NCBI GenBank assembly: GCA_963783375.1
Contig: CAWANH010000028.1
Span: forward strand, 1,976,327 to 2,040,326
Source: Candidatus Eiseniibacteriota bacterium
GTDB taxonomy: Bacteria > Eisenbacteria > RBG-16-71-46 > JABDJR01
Direction of reading: 5' to 3'
DNA length: 64,000 nucleotides
Both the position numbers and the translations under genes were made by a program. Below are positions 35,228 to 46,388 of this stretch, one piece after another. How positions within the stretch are numbered: the stretch's first letter is position 1; the number at the start of each line of letters is the position of its first letter. Under the pieces are notes generated by a model. That model saw only the letters and a program-made list of their open reading frames with translations, searched no databases and was not told the origin of the DNA.

Positions 35228-37348
35228 ATGGAACGACGTTTCGGACTGTTCCTTGCCGTATCAATGCTCTTCACCAACGCCGTTGCCGCCGGCCCCGCCC
35301 GGGCCGACGAGGGGATGTGGCTCCTGAATCGTCTGCCCGTCGCGCGCATCCAGGCGGAGTACGGGTTCACCCCCACCCCGGCCTGGGTCGAGCATCTCCA
35401 GCAGGCGGCGGTGAAGTTCGGACGCGGGGGATCGGCGAGCTTCATCTCCTCCGACGGGCTCCTTCTTACCAACCATCACGTGGCCCGGAGCCAGCTGGCC
35501 AAGCTGAGCACCCCGGAGCGCGACCTCCTGGTGGACGGCTACCTGGCGCGCACCCCCGAGCAGGAACTCCAGTGTCCGGACGTGGCAGTGATGTCGCTCC
35601 AGGACATCGTGGACGTGACCGGCCGGGTGGAAGGCGCCGCGGCGGGGGCGGCCGATGCCGTCTCGGCAGAAAGCGCGCGGAACGCGGAGATCGCGGCCAT
35701 CGAGCGGGAGTCCTTCGCCGAAACCGGCCTCACCTCCGAAGTGGTGACCCTGTACGGGGGAGGCCGCTATCACCTCTACCGGTACAAGCGGTTCACCGAC
35801 GTCCGGATCGTGTTCGCCCCCGGGGGACAGGCCGCCGATTTCGGGGGGGACGAGGACAACTTCGAGTTTCCCCGCTACTGCCTCGACGTCGCCTTGCTCC
35901 GGGTCTACGACCACGGGAAGCCGTACCACCCCGAGCAGTACCTGAAGATGGCGCCGGGCGGCATCGCCGACGGCGACCCGGTCTTCGTGATCGGCCACCC
36001 GGGGCGCACCCAGCGCCTGGACACCGTGGCCGACCTCGCGTTCCTCCGCGACGTGCAGTATCCGCGGCAGATGCGCACCGCCCGGACCCGCGAGGTCGAG
36101 CTTTCGATCTACTCCAACCGGGGAGAACGGGAGGCGCGCCTGGCCGAGCGCGAGCTCCTCGGGGTCCAGAACTGGCGCAAGGGGACCGGGGCCAAGCTTC
36201 GCGCCCTGGAGGATCCACGGGTCTTCGCCCAGGTCGTGAAGCGGGAGAAGGCCTTCCGGGACGCGGTGGCCAGGGACCCGAAGCTCCAGCGCGAGGTCGG
36301 CGACGCCTGGGACCGGATCGCCGCCGCCCGCGAGGTCAACACCGGGATCTACGACCGTTACCAGCTCGTGGAGGGGGGACGCCGCTCCTCTCTGGGAGGA
36401 TCGGTACTCTTCCGCATCGCCCGCACCCTGGTGCGCATGGCCGACGAGCGGGGCAGGCCCGACGGCGAGCGCCTGAGGGAATACCGGGAGTCGAATCTCC
36501 CCAACCTGGAGATGGCCCTCTACTCGCGTGCGCCCGTCGTGAACGAGCTGGAGATCGGGCGGGTGGAGAGCCACCTGGCCCTGGCCGCCGAGATCCTGGG
36601 CGGCGACGATCCCGCGGTCCGAACCATGCTCGGCGGCGAGTCCCCGGCGGATCGGGCCCGGGAGCTGGTGGGGGGGAGCCGCCTGGGCGACCCGGCGGTC
36701 CGCCGGGCCCTGGCCGACGGGGGGCGGGCGGCGATCGAGGCCTCGAAGGACCCCATGCTCCGGCTGGCCCTGGCCCTGGACGGGCCCGCCCGCGAGGTTC
36801 GGGCGCGCTACGAGAACGAAGTGGAGGCGGTCCTGCACGACGCCTACGCCCGGCTCGCCCGGGCCCGCTTCGCGGTGTACGGGGAGGACGTCTACCCCGA
36901 CGCCACCGGGACCCTGCGGCTCTCCGCCGGCCGGATCCAAGGCTTCGACCTGGAAGGCGCGCCGGTAGCGCCCTTCACCGATTTCGCGGGTCTCTACGCC
37001 CGGAGCGCCGCCCGCGGTCCGCTGGCCCCCTTCGATCTCCCGGAGAGCTGGACGACAGCGCGGAGCCGCCTCGACCTCGCCACGCCGTTCAACTTCACCT
37101 CCACCAACGACATCATCGGCGGCAACTCCGGGAGCCCGGTGGTGAACCGGGACGGGGAGTGGGTGGGGGTGATCTTCGACGGCAACCGCTACTCGTTCGT
37201 ATGGGATGTCCTCTATCCGGAGAATGGCGAAGGCCGGGCGGTCTCGGTGGACGCCCGGGGGCTGGTTGAAGCGCTTCGGACGGTTTACGGCGCGGACGCG
37301 CTGGCCGCCGAGGTCTCGACGGGCGAACCGCGGGTCCGGGGGGAGTAG
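35228..37348 (+). CDS. S46-family dipeptidyl peptidase (DPP7/DPP11-like)
   Basis: Signal peptide then ADEGMWL; LTNHH; YPDATGTLRLS; DIIGGNSGSPV catalytic Ser motif; FDGN. Confidence 0.92.
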   Translation: MERRFGLFLAVSMLFTNAVAAGPARADEGMWLLNRLPVARIQAEYGFTPTPAWVEHLQQAAVKFGRGGSASFISSDGLLLTNHHVARSQLAKLSTPERDLLVDGYLARTPEQELQCPDVAVMSLQDIVDVTGRVEGAAAGAADAVSAESARNAEIAAIERESFAETGLTSEVVTLYGGGRYHLYRYKRFTDVRIVFAPGGQAADFGGDEDNFEFPRYCLDVALLRVYDHGKPYHPEQYLKMAPGGIADGDPVFVIGHPGRTQRLDTVADLAFLRDVQYPRQMRTARTREVELSIYSNRGEREARLAERELLGVQNWRKGTGAKLRALEDPRVFAQVVKREKAFRDAVARDPKLQREVGDAWDRIAAAREVNTGIYDRYQLVEGGRRSSLGGSVLFRIARTLVRMADERGRPDGERLREYRESNLPNLEMALYSRAPVVNELEIGRVESHLALAAEILGGDDPAVRTMLGGESPADRARELVGGSRLGDPAVRRALADGGRAAIEASKDPMLRLALALDGPAREVRARYENEVEAVLHDAYARLARARFAVYGEDVYPDATGTLRLSAGRIQGFDLEGAPVAPFTDFAGLYARSAARGPLAPFDLPESWTTARSRLDLATPFNFTSTNDIIGGNSGSPVVNRDGEWVGVIFDGNRYSFVWDVLYPENGEGRAVSVDARGLVEALRTVYGADALAAEVSTGEPRVRGE

Positions 37349-37390
37349 CGCCCCCCCCGGGCGGCCCCGGGACGCCGCATGAAATGGTTG

Positions 37391-37430
37391 AAAGAGGACG
37401 GCCCCCCTCGCCGTGGCGAGAGGGGCCGTC
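37391..37430 (-). terminator. Putative intrinsic terminator
   Basis: Minus-strand GACGGCCCCTCTCGCC-AC-GGCGAGGGGGGCCGTC followed by CTCTTT, downstream of 37453. Confidence 0.6.
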
Positions 37431-37452
37431 GTTCCATCGAGGGGCGGTAATT

Positions 37453-38016
37453 CTAGTAGCGGGACTTGAGGAGCCCCCAGGTGGTGGGCTGGGTGGGCAC
37501 CGCTTCCGTCACGTCGGACTGGACGCGAAGCTCCAGGTTGGCCGGGAGTTCGATGCCGGCGCCGGTCGCCGGATCGAAGAAGTACCCGAGGACGAGCTGC
37601 AAGGTGCCGTCCTCCACGAGAACCGGTAGCCCCGGCGCGGGGTACGAGAGCAGACCGCCGTCGCTATCGGAGGTGAAGTCGAAGACGGCGTTGGCCAGGC
37701 CGCTCGCATCCACCGAGAACTGGACGGTGAGCTTGTCGCTGATCGCTCCGGCGTTGGGATCGCTGGCCGGCTCCACCATGTAGAGCACGCCGGTTCCCTG
37801 GTAGCCGGGAGGGCTCAGGGTGATCCAGCAGGCCTCGACGTGGGCGGTCTCACCGGAAGCGGACGTGCCGATCCCGCACTCGAAATTGTTGTCGTAGGAT
37901 ACGGCGGTCGAATCCGCGGTCTCGACAAAAGCGAGGTAGGCGGCCGAGGCGGTGATCGGGGCCAGGGCCAGGATCAGGAAGGGTAGGACGACCAGGAACG
38001 CGTAGCGCTTGGTCAT
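37453..38016 (-). CDS. Secreted hypothetical protein with C-terminal TWGxxKxxY motif
   Basis: AAGGAG RBS, signal peptide (ASA-A), ends AVPTQPTTWGLLKSRY. Confidence 0.8.
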   Translation of the reverse strand: MTKRYAFLVVLPFLILALAPITASAAYLAFVETADSTAVSYDNNFECGIGTSASGETAHVEACWITLSPPGYQGTGVLYMVEPASDPNAGAISDKLTVQFSVDASGLANAVFDFTSDSDGGLLSYPAPGLPVLVEDGTLQLVLGYFFDPATGAGIELPANLELRVQSDVTEAVPTQPTTWGLLKSRY

Positions 38017-38208
38017 GGGTGTCTCCTTGAGGTGATGAGCATGGGTGTTCCAACTCCGGTCAGGACAACGGACAGAATAAGTCGTGATTAATAGGGGTAG
38101 GCGGGAATCCAGTCAACATAAATGTGCATGTCGCTTGATTTTATTGGGATCTTGTCCGGTTTTTCAATGGCGGGGCTGGGCAATCCCGATATTTCCGCCC
38201 GTATGTCG

Positions 38209-38240
38209 AAACGGCCGGCCCCCGAGGGGGACCGGCCGTT
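38209..38240 (-). terminator. Hairpin, possible terminator of the PEP-CTERM gene
   Basis: Minus-strand AACGGCCGGTCCCCC-TC-GGGGGCCGGCCGTTT. Confidence 0.4.
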
Positions 38241-38400
38241 CCGAGGGAATCGCGAGGACCTTCGGTACTTGTCCGCCGGAAGGAACCGTCGGGAACCCCT
38301 GATAGTCCGCCCGGCTCTATCAGGGCCTCCGGCCCACTCCCGGTGAGGCGCTCGGGGGATCGTCGCCCCCGAAGGCCCCCGCGGGGTCATCTACAGGCGA

Positions 38401-39186
38401 CTACGCGGTCTCGGACTCGTCGCTCGTTCCACGCTTCCGCCGCTTGAGGGCCATACCGGCCAGGCCGGCGCCCAGGAGGAGCAGGGTGGTGGGCTCGGGC
38501 ACGGTGGTCTCGAAGTGGATCTTCTGCTGAATCGCGCGATCGAACTCGCCGAAGCTGGAGGCGGTGACCAGGAACGCCCCCGACCCGCCGAGCACGTTGT
38601 TCTGGTAGTAGGTGGCCACGCTGGAGCTGCCTCCCACCACCAGGCCGTTGATCATGTCCACGCCGGCGTTCAGAGCGTTGTCCCGGCCCACGTGGGGGGT
38701 GAGGGCACCGGGGCTATCGTTGTCCACGCCGTCCCCGGATACGTCCATGATCAGCTTGCTCCCCTCGAACCCGTTCTGGGCGAAGAGGGGGGTGCCCCAG
38801 TTCAGGGCGCTCTGGACCGCGGTGTTGTTGCTGAACGGCCGGGCGGCGTTCCCGATCGCGGTGGCGAACGCGTTGGCCGAGGCGGCGTCGGTGAGATGGG
38901 TCCACCCCACGCTCAGGGACTGCTGGTTCGAGCTGGACCAGTAGCCCAGGGCAACGGCGATCCCGCCGGGGCTGTTGATGATGTCCTGCTGGACCGTGGC
39001 GTCCTGGAACGCGGCCACGTAGCCCGACCGCTGGAGGGCGAACTCTCCGGAGTCGATGCTGCCGGAAACGTCCACCAGGAGGAGCAATTCGGTCTGAACG
39101 GGCGTGGCCAAGGCGGCCATGGGGGCCAGGAGGATTCCCAGCGCCGCGGCGGTGATGCCGAGAATAACGGTAGTCTTGAATCTCAT
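38401..39186 (-). CDS. DUF1194 (vWA-like) PEP-CTERM sorting-domain protein
   Basis: Signal peptide; LLLLVDVSGSI MIDAS-like motif; DVSGDG; C-terminal VPEPTTLLLLGAGLAGMALKRRKR. Confidence 0.88.
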   Translation of the reverse strand: MRFKTTVILGITAAALGILLAPMAALATPVQTELLLLVDVSGSIDSGEFALQRSGYVAAFQDATVQQDIINSPGGIAVALGYWSSSNQQSLSVGWTHLTDAASANAFATAIGNAARPFSNNTAVQSALNWGTPLFAQNGFEGSKLIMDVSGDGVDNDSPGALTPHVGRDNALNAGVDMINGLVVGGSSSVATYYQNNVLGGSGAFLVTASSFGEFDRAIQQKIHFETTVPEPTTLLLLGAGLAGMALKRRKRGTSDESETA

Positions 39187-39558
39187 GGACGGGATCTCCC
39201 TGGAGTAGGTTTCCTGATGTTCTGAGCCGGATCGGGACGTACGCGGACCTCCGCAGGATGCGGGTCGTCACCTGTTATCGCAATTGTCGAGCCAAATGAT
39301 AAGTCGCTGCATTTCAACGGGTTCCATCATATCATAATTCATGTTTTGTTAAAGTCACCGACAGATGAGCCGTCACCGGTCACTCCCGTGTACTTGAACC
39401 GGTTTTAAGACAAAGGGTTACGGATCCAGGGATAGCCAGAACCGAACTGTTCTTGTAGGAAATAAATCCGACACACGGAATTCTCAACCCATTGAACAAC
39501 AGGGGATTAGGAAGCTTCATCTTTCCTATCTTGCTGCACCCGGCCGGGAAAGACGCCC

Positions 39559-40908
39559 TCAGCTTCCCATCAGGTACTCGACCAGGTCGATCTTGGTGAG
39601 GATCTGGCGCGGCCGCTTCCCGCCGTCCACGATGACCACCGCCGGGGCCTGCTCGAACAGGGTCCCCAGGACGTTCAGGGGGGTGTTCTCCTGGACGGTG
39701 GGTACGCTCCGGTCCATCACGTCGCCCACCGAGACCTCGGCGTCCTTCTGGCCGGTCCCCAGGTACTTGAGCAGGTCCTCCTCGGTGAGGAGACCGGCCA
39801 GAACCCCCTCCCGGGTGATGGGGATCTGGCTGATGCCCTGGTCGCGCATGCGGGCGACGGCGTCGCGCAGGGGCCGGTCGTGCTCGAGAGCGACGAGCTC
39901 CCGGCCCGCGGGCTTGGCCGCGGCGAGCTGGCCCACGTCGCCCTCCAGGATCGGGCTCCCGGTGAAGTGGTTCTCCCGCATCCAGGCGTCGTCCACGAAC
40001 TTGGTCATGTAGTTCCGGACCCCGTCCGGGAGCACCACCACGCAGTTCTGATCCGGCCCCAGGCTCCGGGCCTCGCGGAGGCCGGCGAAGAGCACGCTTC
40101 CCGAGCTTCCTCCCACCAGGAGCCCTTCCTCCCGGATCAGGCGGCGGGCCAGAAGGAAGCTCTCGCGGTCGGTGGTCTTCACCCACACGTCCACCAGCTC
40201 GCGGTCGAGCACGTCGGGAATGAAGTCGTAGCCGATCCCCTCCACCTTGTAGGTACCGACGATGTCCCCGCCGGCCAGGATCGAGCCCACCGGGTCCGCC
40301 CCCACCACGATACACCGGGGGACCCGCTCCTTCATCTTCCGGGCCACCCCGGTGATGGTGCCGCCGGTCCCCGCTCCCACCACCACCATGTCCACCCGGC
40401 CGTCCAGGTCGTCCAGGATCTCCTGGCCGGTCCCCTCGTAGTGGGCGAGGGGATTCGAGGGATTGGAGTACTGGTCGAGGATGTGGGCGTTGGGGAGCTC
40501 GGTCTGGAGCCGGCGGGCCACCGAGATGTGGCTCTCCGGGGAGTCGAAGGCGGCCTCGGTGGGAGTGCGGATGATCTCCGCCCCCAGGGCCTCCAGGACC
40601 ACCTGCTTCTCCCGCGACATCTTCTCCGGCATGGTGATGATGACCCGGTAGCCCTTCACCGCTCCGGCCAGGGCCAGGCCGATCCCGGTGTTCCCGCTGG
40701 TGGGCTCGATCAGGGTGTCGCCGGGCCGGATGCGCCCCGCCTTCTCCGCGTCCACCACCATGCGGTAGCCGATCCGGTCCTTGACCGAGCCGCCGGGGTT
40801 CAGGAACTCGCACTTCGCGTACAGGTTGCACTTGAGCCCGGCCCCCAGGCGGTGCAGGCGGACCATGGGGGTGCGGCCGATCACTTCGAGGATGTTGTCG
40901 AGCAGCAT
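39559..40908 (-). CDS. Cystathionine beta-synthase with C-terminal CBS domains
   Basis: [23 protein letters not shown] (PLP Lys), [21 protein letters not shown], tandem CBS domains. ATG 40908. Confidence 0.88.
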   Translation of the reverse strand: MLLDNILEVIGRTPMVRLHRLGAGLKCNLYAKCEFLNPGGSVKDRIGYRMVVDAEKAGRIRPGDTLIEPTSGNTGIGLALAGAVKGYRVIITMPEKMSREKQVVLEALGAEIIRTPTEAAFDSPESHISVARRLQTELPNAHILDQYSNPSNPLAHYEGTGQEILDDLDGRVDMVVVGAGTGGTITGVARKMKERVPRCIVVGADPVGSILAGGDIVGTYKVEGIGYDFIPDVLDRELVDVWVKTTDRESFLLARRLIREEGLLVGGSSGSVLFAGLREARSLGPDQNCVVVLPDGVRNYMTKFVDDAWMRENHFTGSPILEGDVGQLAAAKPAGRELVALEHDRPLRDAVARMRDQGISQIPITREGVLAGLLTEEDLLKYLGTGQKDAEVSVGDVMDRSVPTVQENTPLNVLGTLFEQAPAVVIVDGGKRPRQILTKIDLVEYLMGS

Positions 40909-40909
40909 G

Positions 40910-42181
40910 TCAGTGAACCGCTTTCTTGGGTCGGAGTGCCGCGCCCTCGGCCACGTACTCGTTCCAGGTGGCGGGGGCAAATCCGTTGGCGATCTCGACC
41001 ATCGAGATGCAGCCGGGAACCGGGCAGACAATCCGGCAGAGGTTACACCCCACGCACTCCGGCTCGTCGATCACCGGGACGTGGGTTCCGTTCCGGGAAG
41101 GGTGGATGCACTGGTGGGCGCCGTCCTCGCAGGCCACCATGCAGTTGTTGCAGCCGATGCAGAGGGCGGGGTCGATCCGGGCCACCGTCTCGTAGTTGAG
41201 ATCGAGGTTTCCCCACTCGGTGAAGCTGGGGAGGGCGCGGCCGACGAGGTCGTCGAGGGTGGCCATGCCCTTGTCCCGCATGTAGGACGTGAGGCCCTCG
41301 ATCATGTCCTCCACCACCCGGTAGCCGTGGAGCATGACCTCGGTGCAGACCTGGACGGTGGAGGCGCCGAGGAGCATGAACTCCACCGCATCCCGCCAGT
41401 TGCTGATGCCGCCGATGCCGCTCACCGGGAGCCGGAACCCGGGGTCGCGGCCCAGGGCCGCCACCATGTGGAGGGCGATGGGCTTGACCGCCGGCCCGCA
41501 GTAGCCGCCGTGGCTCGAGAGGTCGCCCACCCGGGGCTCGATCACCATGCGGTCCACGTCCACCCCGATGATGCTCTTGATCGTGTTGATGAGGCTCACC
41601 CCGTGAGCCCCGCCCCGCTGGGCGGCGAGCCCGTGGGGAACGATATCGCTGACGTTGGGGGTGAGCTTGACCAGGACCGGAACCGTGGCGTCCTCGACCA
41701 CCCAGGAGGTGATGCGCTCGTTGATCTTGGGCTCCTGCCCCACCGCCGAGCCCATCCCGCGCTCGCACATCCCGTGGGGACAGCCGAAGTTCAGCTCCAG
41801 GCCGTCGGCGCCGGCGTCGATGACCTTCCCCACGATGTCCCGCCACTCCTCCCGCGACTCCACCATGAGGCTGACCACGATCGCGTGCTTGGGATAGCGC
41901 CGCTTGACCTCGCGGATCTCCTTCAGGTTCACCTCCAGCGAGCGGTCGGTGATGAGCTCGATGTTGTTGAACCCGATGGCCCCGGCGCCCTTGTAGTGGA
42001 TCGCGCCGAAGCGGCTGGAGACGTTCTGGATCGGCACCCCCAGGGTCTTCCAGACCGCGCCACCCCAGCCGTGATCGAAGGCGCGCATGATCTGGTCCCC
42101 GGAGTTGGTGGGGGGGGCCGAGGCGAGCCAGAATGGGTTCGGGGACGTGATGCCCGCGCAGCTGGCGGTCAAATCCGGCAT
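40910..42181 (-). CDS. preA: NAD-dependent dihydropyrimidine dehydrogenase subunit PreA
   Basis: [42 protein letters not shown]-terminal 2x[4Fe-4S]. Confidence 0.93.
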   Translation of the reverse strand: MPDLTASCAGITSPNPFWLASAPPTNSGDQIMRAFDHGWGGAVWKTLGVPIQNVSSRFGAIHYKGAGAIGFNNIELITDRSLEVNLKEIREVKRRYPKHAIVVSLMVESREEWRDIVGKVIDAGADGLELNFGCPHGMCERGMGSAVGQEPKINERITSWVVEDATVPVLVKLTPNVSDIVPHGLAAQRGGAHGVSLINTIKSIIGVDVDRMVIEPRVGDLSSHGGYCGPAVKPIALHMVAALGRDPGFRLPVSGIGGISNWRDAVEFMLLGASTVQVCTEVMLHGYRVVEDMIEGLTSYMRDKGMATLDDLVGRALPSFTEWGNLDLNYETVARIDPALCIGCNNCMVACEDGAHQCIHPSRNGTHVPVIDEPECVGCNLCRIVCPVPGCISMVEIANGFAPATWNEYVAEGAALRPKKAVH

Positions 42182-42182
42182 G

Positions 42183-43490
42183 TCATGAACCTCCCTTGAG
42201 CCAGCGATCGATGGCCCGGGCGGCGATCTTGCCCTCGGCCACCGCGTTCACCACTTCCCGCCCGCCGTTGGCGCCGTCGCCGCCCGCGAAGACCCCGGGC
42301 CGCCCGGTGGCGCCGTTCTCGTCGCGCCGGACGCAACCCGCCTCCACCTCGATCCCGGGGAGCTGGGCCACCAGGGTCCCCAGGGTGCTCTGGCCGATGG
42401 CGATGAGCACGAGGTCGGCCTCCAGGACGTGCTCCGACCCGGGCACGGGCTGCTTGTGCTCGTCCAGGCGCAGGCAGCGCACCCGCTCCACCCGGCCCGT
42501 CCCCTCGTAGGCCACCGGCACCGTCCGCCAGCGCGCCCGCGCCCCTTCGAGCCTGGCCGCGCTCCACTCGTGGTCGTAGCCGGGCATGACCATCCGGGAA
42601 CCCCGATAGACCAGGCTCACCTCGGGGACGCCGAGGTGCTTGAGCTCCCGCACCCCGTCGATCGCGGTGTTCCCGCCGCCCACCACCAGCGCCCGCCGCA
42701 CCCCGGCGAGGTCCACTTTGCCCAGCTTGAATCGCTCGATGAACTCCACCGCCCCCGTGATCCCGGGAAGGTCCTCCCCGGGGACGCCCATGGAGCGGTC
42801 CGGGCCGAGCCCGAATCCCAGAAAGAGCGCGTCGTGGCGGGACTCCAGATCGGTCCAGGAGGGATCGGTTCCCGCCTCGACCCCGGTCTTCACATCGATC
42901 CCGCCGATGGCCAGGATCCAGTTCACCTCTTCCAGCGATCGGTCCGCCTTCATCTTGTAGGGGGCGACGCCGGTGGTGTTGAGTCCCCCCAGGACCGGTC
43001 TCCGCTCGTACACCGTGCACGCATGCCCGAGGCGCCGGAGCTCGTGGGCGCAGGCCAGGGACGCCGGTCCCGCACCCACCAGCCCCACGCTCTTCCCGGA
43101 GTCCGGCCCGGCGGTGAAGTAGCGCCAGCCCGTCTCGAAGGCCCGGTCGGTGGAGTAGCGCTGGAGCTTCCCGATCTGGATGGGGGGCTGCCCCATGCGG
43201 TTGTAGACGCAGGCCCCCACGCAGAGCACCTCCACCGGGCAGACCCGGGCGCAGCTCATCCCCAGGACGTTGGCCTCGAAGATGGTGCGGGCGGAGCCCT
43301 CCAGGTTCTCGGTGGTGATCTTCCGGATGAACTGGGGGATGTCGATCTGGGTGGGGCAGGCGGCGATGCAGGGCGCGTCGGCGCAGTAGAGGCACCGGTT
43401 GGCCTCGGTCATGGCCTGGGCCGGGGTGTACGGGACCTTGTACTCCGGGATGGGCCCTTCGCTGCGGTCGGACGGGATTGAAACGCTCAT
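42183..43490 (-). CDS. preT: Dihydropyrimidine dehydrogenase subunit PreT (GltD-like)
   Basis: EANRCLYCADAPCIAACP, GAGPA, GGGNTAID; adjacent to preA. Confidence 0.85.
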   Translation of the reverse strand: MSVSIPSDRSEGPIPEYKVPYTPAQAMTEANRCLYCADAPCIAACPTQIDIPQFIRKITTENLEGSARTIFEANVLGMSCARVCPVEVLCVGACVYNRMGQPPIQIGKLQRYSTDRAFETGWRYFTAGPDSGKSVGLVGAGPASLACAHELRRLGHACTVYERRPVLGGLNTTGVAPYKMKADRSLEEVNWILAIGGIDVKTGVEAGTDPSWTDLESRHDALFLGFGLGPDRSMGVPGEDLPGITGAVEFIERFKLGKVDLAGVRRALVVGGGNTAIDGVRELKHLGVPEVSLVYRGSRMVMPGYDHEWSAARLEGARARWRTVPVAYEGTGRVERVRCLRLDEHKQPVPGSEHVLEADLVLIAIGQSTLGTLVAQLPGIEVEAGCVRRDENGATGRPGVFAGGDGANGGREVVNAVAEGKIAARAIDRWLKGGS

Positions 43491-43491
43491 G

Positions 43492-44817
43492 TCAGCCCTC
43501 GAACGCCTGGTCGGTCAGTTCCAGCCCCCGGTCCAGGATGGCGAACCCCTCGAGGATCTGCTCCTCGGTGATGCAGAGCGGGGGGTTGCACATGAAGTGG
43601 CTCCAGCGGACGAAGGTGAAGAGCCCGTTCTTCTTGAGGAAGCGGTCGAGCTCGCCCATGGCGGGATGGGTGCCGTTGTAGGGCGCGATGAGATCGCCTC
43701 GGGAGTTCTTCTGGACGTCCATGATCCCGAAGAGCCCCAGGGCCCGGCCACCCTTGACCGAGGGATGCTTGGCGGTCAGGCGGTCCATCTCCCGCCGCAT
43801 CACCGACTGCATCCGGGCCGCGTTCTCCACCATGCCCTCGTCGAGCAGCACGCCGATCGCCGCTTCCGCCGCGGCCAGGCCCACCGGGTGGGCGCTGTAG
43901 GTGAGCCCGCCCCAGAACACGTTCTTCCGGAAGTGCTCGGCGATGGGGTCGGAGACCCCCATCGCGCCGAGGGGGACGTAGGCGCTGGTGAGCCCCTTGG
44001 CCATGGTGAGGATATCCGGAACGACGTCGAAGTGCTCGTAGGCGAAGAGCTTCCCGGTCCGGCCGAACCCGCACATGACCTCGTCCAGGATGAGGAGGAT
44101 GCCGTGGCGATCGAGAAGCTGCTTCAGGGCGGGGAAGTACCCCTCGGGGGGCGGGAGCACGCCGTTGGTGCCGGTCACCGTCTCCGCGATCATGGCCGCG
44201 ATGGTTCCGGGCCCCTCGTAGTCGATCACCTCGGCCAGGTAGCGGAGGTTCCGCTCCACGATCTCGCCGTCGGTGGCCCCGAAGGAGAACTGGTAGGGGC
44301 GGGGATCCATCACGTGGACCACCCCCGGCATCCCGGGCTGGTTGGGGATCCGCCGCGGGTCGCCGGTGAGCTGGAGGGTGGCGTTGGTGCCGCCGTGGTA
44401 GCTCCGGTAGCGGGCCAGGATCTTCGGCCGGCCGGTGTAGAGGCGGGCGGCGCGGATGGCGTTCTCGTTGGCCTCGGCCCCGCCGAGGGTGAAGAAGAAC
44501 GTGTTGATGTTCCCCGGGACGATCTCGGCCAGGAGCTTCGACACCCGGGCCCGGATCTCGGTGGCGGTTCCCGGGTAGGCGAAGGCGAGATGCTTCATCT
44601 GCGCGGCCACCGCGGCGGCGACCTTCGGGTGCCCGTGGCCGATGTTCACGCACATGAGCTGGCTGTTGAAATCCAGGAAACGGCGCCCGTCGGGGGTGTA
44701 CATGTAGACCCCTTCCGCCCGTTCCACCGGGATGGGATCCACCGCGTCCCCCTTGGCCCAGGAATACATCGTGTGCTCCTTGCAGAGCCGGACCATCTCT
44801 TCGGACGACATCGCCAT
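43492..44817 (-). CDS. Class III PLP aminotransferase, likely beta-alanine transaminase
   Basis: DFNSQL, SYHG, DEVMCGFGRTG, AKGLTS; pyrimidine catabolism context. Confidence 0.82.
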   Translation of the reverse strand: MAMSSEEMVRLCKEHTMYSWAKGDAVDPIPVERAEGVYMYTPDGRRFLDFNSQLMCVNIGHGHPKVAAAVAAQMKHLAFAYPGTATEIRARVSKLLAEIVPGNINTFFFTLGGAEANENAIRAARLYTGRPKILARYRSYHGGTNATLQLTGDPRRIPNQPGMPGVVHVMDPRPYQFSFGATDGEIVERNLRYLAEVIDYEGPGTIAAMIAETVTGTNGVLPPPEGYFPALKQLLDRHGILLILDEVMCGFGRTGKLFAYEHFDVVPDILTMAKGLTSAYVPLGAMGVSDPIAEHFRKNVFWGGLTYSAHPVGLAAAEAAIGVLLDEGMVENAARMQSVMRREMDRLTAKHPSVKGGRALGLFGIMDVQKNSRGDLIAPYNGTHPAMGELDRFLKKNGLFTFVRWSHFMCNPPLCITEEQILEGFAILDRGLELTDQAFEG

Positions 44818-44834
44818 GTTTCAATTTCCTTTCG

Positions 44835-44888
44835 CGCTCGTGTACGCCGGGGTGCCCCGGGTCGCTCGTGTACGCCGGGTCGGCCCGG
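44835..44888. repeat. Intergenic tandem duplication (17-bp exact direct repeat, 28-bp period)
   Basis: CGCTCGTGTACGCCGGG at 44835-44851 and 44863-44879; each unit includes a CCGGG/CCCGG mini-hairpin. Confidence 0.8.
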
Positions 44889-44889
44889 T

Positions 44890-46388
44890 TCAGCTCATCC
44901 AGGTGCGGTCCTTGGCCAGTTCCCAGCGCGACGTCACCTTGCGGGGGTTGGTCCAGAACCGGAATCCGTCGTAGCCGGTGATGTCCCCGTGGCCGAACTT
45001 CGATTCGAACCAGCCCCCGAAGCTGAAGGGCTCGCGGGGGACGGGGACGCCGATGTTCACCCCGCACATCCCGGCCCGGAACCGCTCGGTGGCGTAGCGG
45101 GCGATCCCCCCGTTGGTGGTGAAGATGGCGGCGGCGTTCCCGTACGGGCTCTTGTTCTCCATGGCGATCGCCTGGTCCAGGGTGTCCACGTGGAGGATCG
45201 AGAGCACCGGCCCGAAGATCTCCTCGGTGGCGGCGGGCATGTCCGGGGTGACCCCGTCGAGGATGGTGGGGCCGATCCAGCTCCCCGGCTCCCCGTCCAC
45301 CGTGGCCTTCCGCCCGTCCACCAGGACCCGGGCCCCGGCGGCCTCGGCCTGGTCGATGTAGCCGATGATCCGCTCCCGGGCCTCGGGACTGATGATCGCC
45401 CCCATGTCGCGCCCCAGGGTCATCTTCTCGGCGTGGATCTTCATCTTGTCGATGATGGGGGCGACGTCACCCACCGCCACCATGACCGAGGCGGCCATGC
45501 ACCGCTGCCCCGCGCAGCCGAAGGACGAAGCCACCACGGTCTGGGCGGTCAGCTCCTCGTCCGCGTCGGGCACCACCACCAGGTGGTTCTTGGCCCCGCC
45601 CAGGCAGAGCATGCGCTTCCCGGTGGCCGTCCCGCGCTGGTAGACCGCCCGGGCCACCCGGGTGGATCCCACGAAGGTCATGGCCGCGATGTCCGGATGG
45701 TCGGCCAGGGCCTCCACCGTGTCCCGGCGGCCGTTCACCACGTTCAGCACCCCGTCGGGGAGCCCGGCCTCCTTCAGCATCAGGGCCAGGCGCATGGCCC
45801 CGTAGGGCACCTGCTCCGAGGGCTTCAGCACGAAGGTGTTGCCGCTCACCAGGGCCTGGGGAAGCATCCAGAGCGGGACCATGACCGGGAAGTTGAACGG
45901 GGTCACTCCGGCGCACACCCCGATCGGCTCGTAGGCCACCTCGCAATTGATACCCCGGCTCACGTCGAGCTGCTGGCCCTGGGCCAGGTTGGGGAGGGAG
46001 CAGCCGAACTCCACGCACTCGATCCCCTTGAGCACGCTCGCCTTTCCCTCCTCGAAGGTCTTCCCGTTCTCGTGGCTCACCAGCCAGCTCAGCTCGTCGA
46101 CCGCCGCCTCCATGATCTGCTTCAGCCGGAACAGGACCTGGGCGCGTTCCTTGTAGGGGGTCGCCCGCCAGGCCGGGAACGCCTTCTGCGCCGCGGCCAC
46201 CGCCCGGGCCACGTCGGGGCCGGCGGAGTCGGCCACCCGCCCCATGACCTTTCCGTGGCGGGGGTTGGTCACTTCGAGGACCGCCCCGCTCTCGGCGGGG
46301 ACGAAGGCGCCGCCGATCCAGTTGGGGCAGTCGATGTAAGGGGTGAATTCGTTGTTGCGGGCGGAAAAGCGGACGTCGTTGGGTAGGT

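Noticed and set aside
44835-44888. CRISPR array
   Set aside because: Only two 17-bp repeats with an 11-nt gap, and no cas genes; no CRISPR array seen anywhere in the window.
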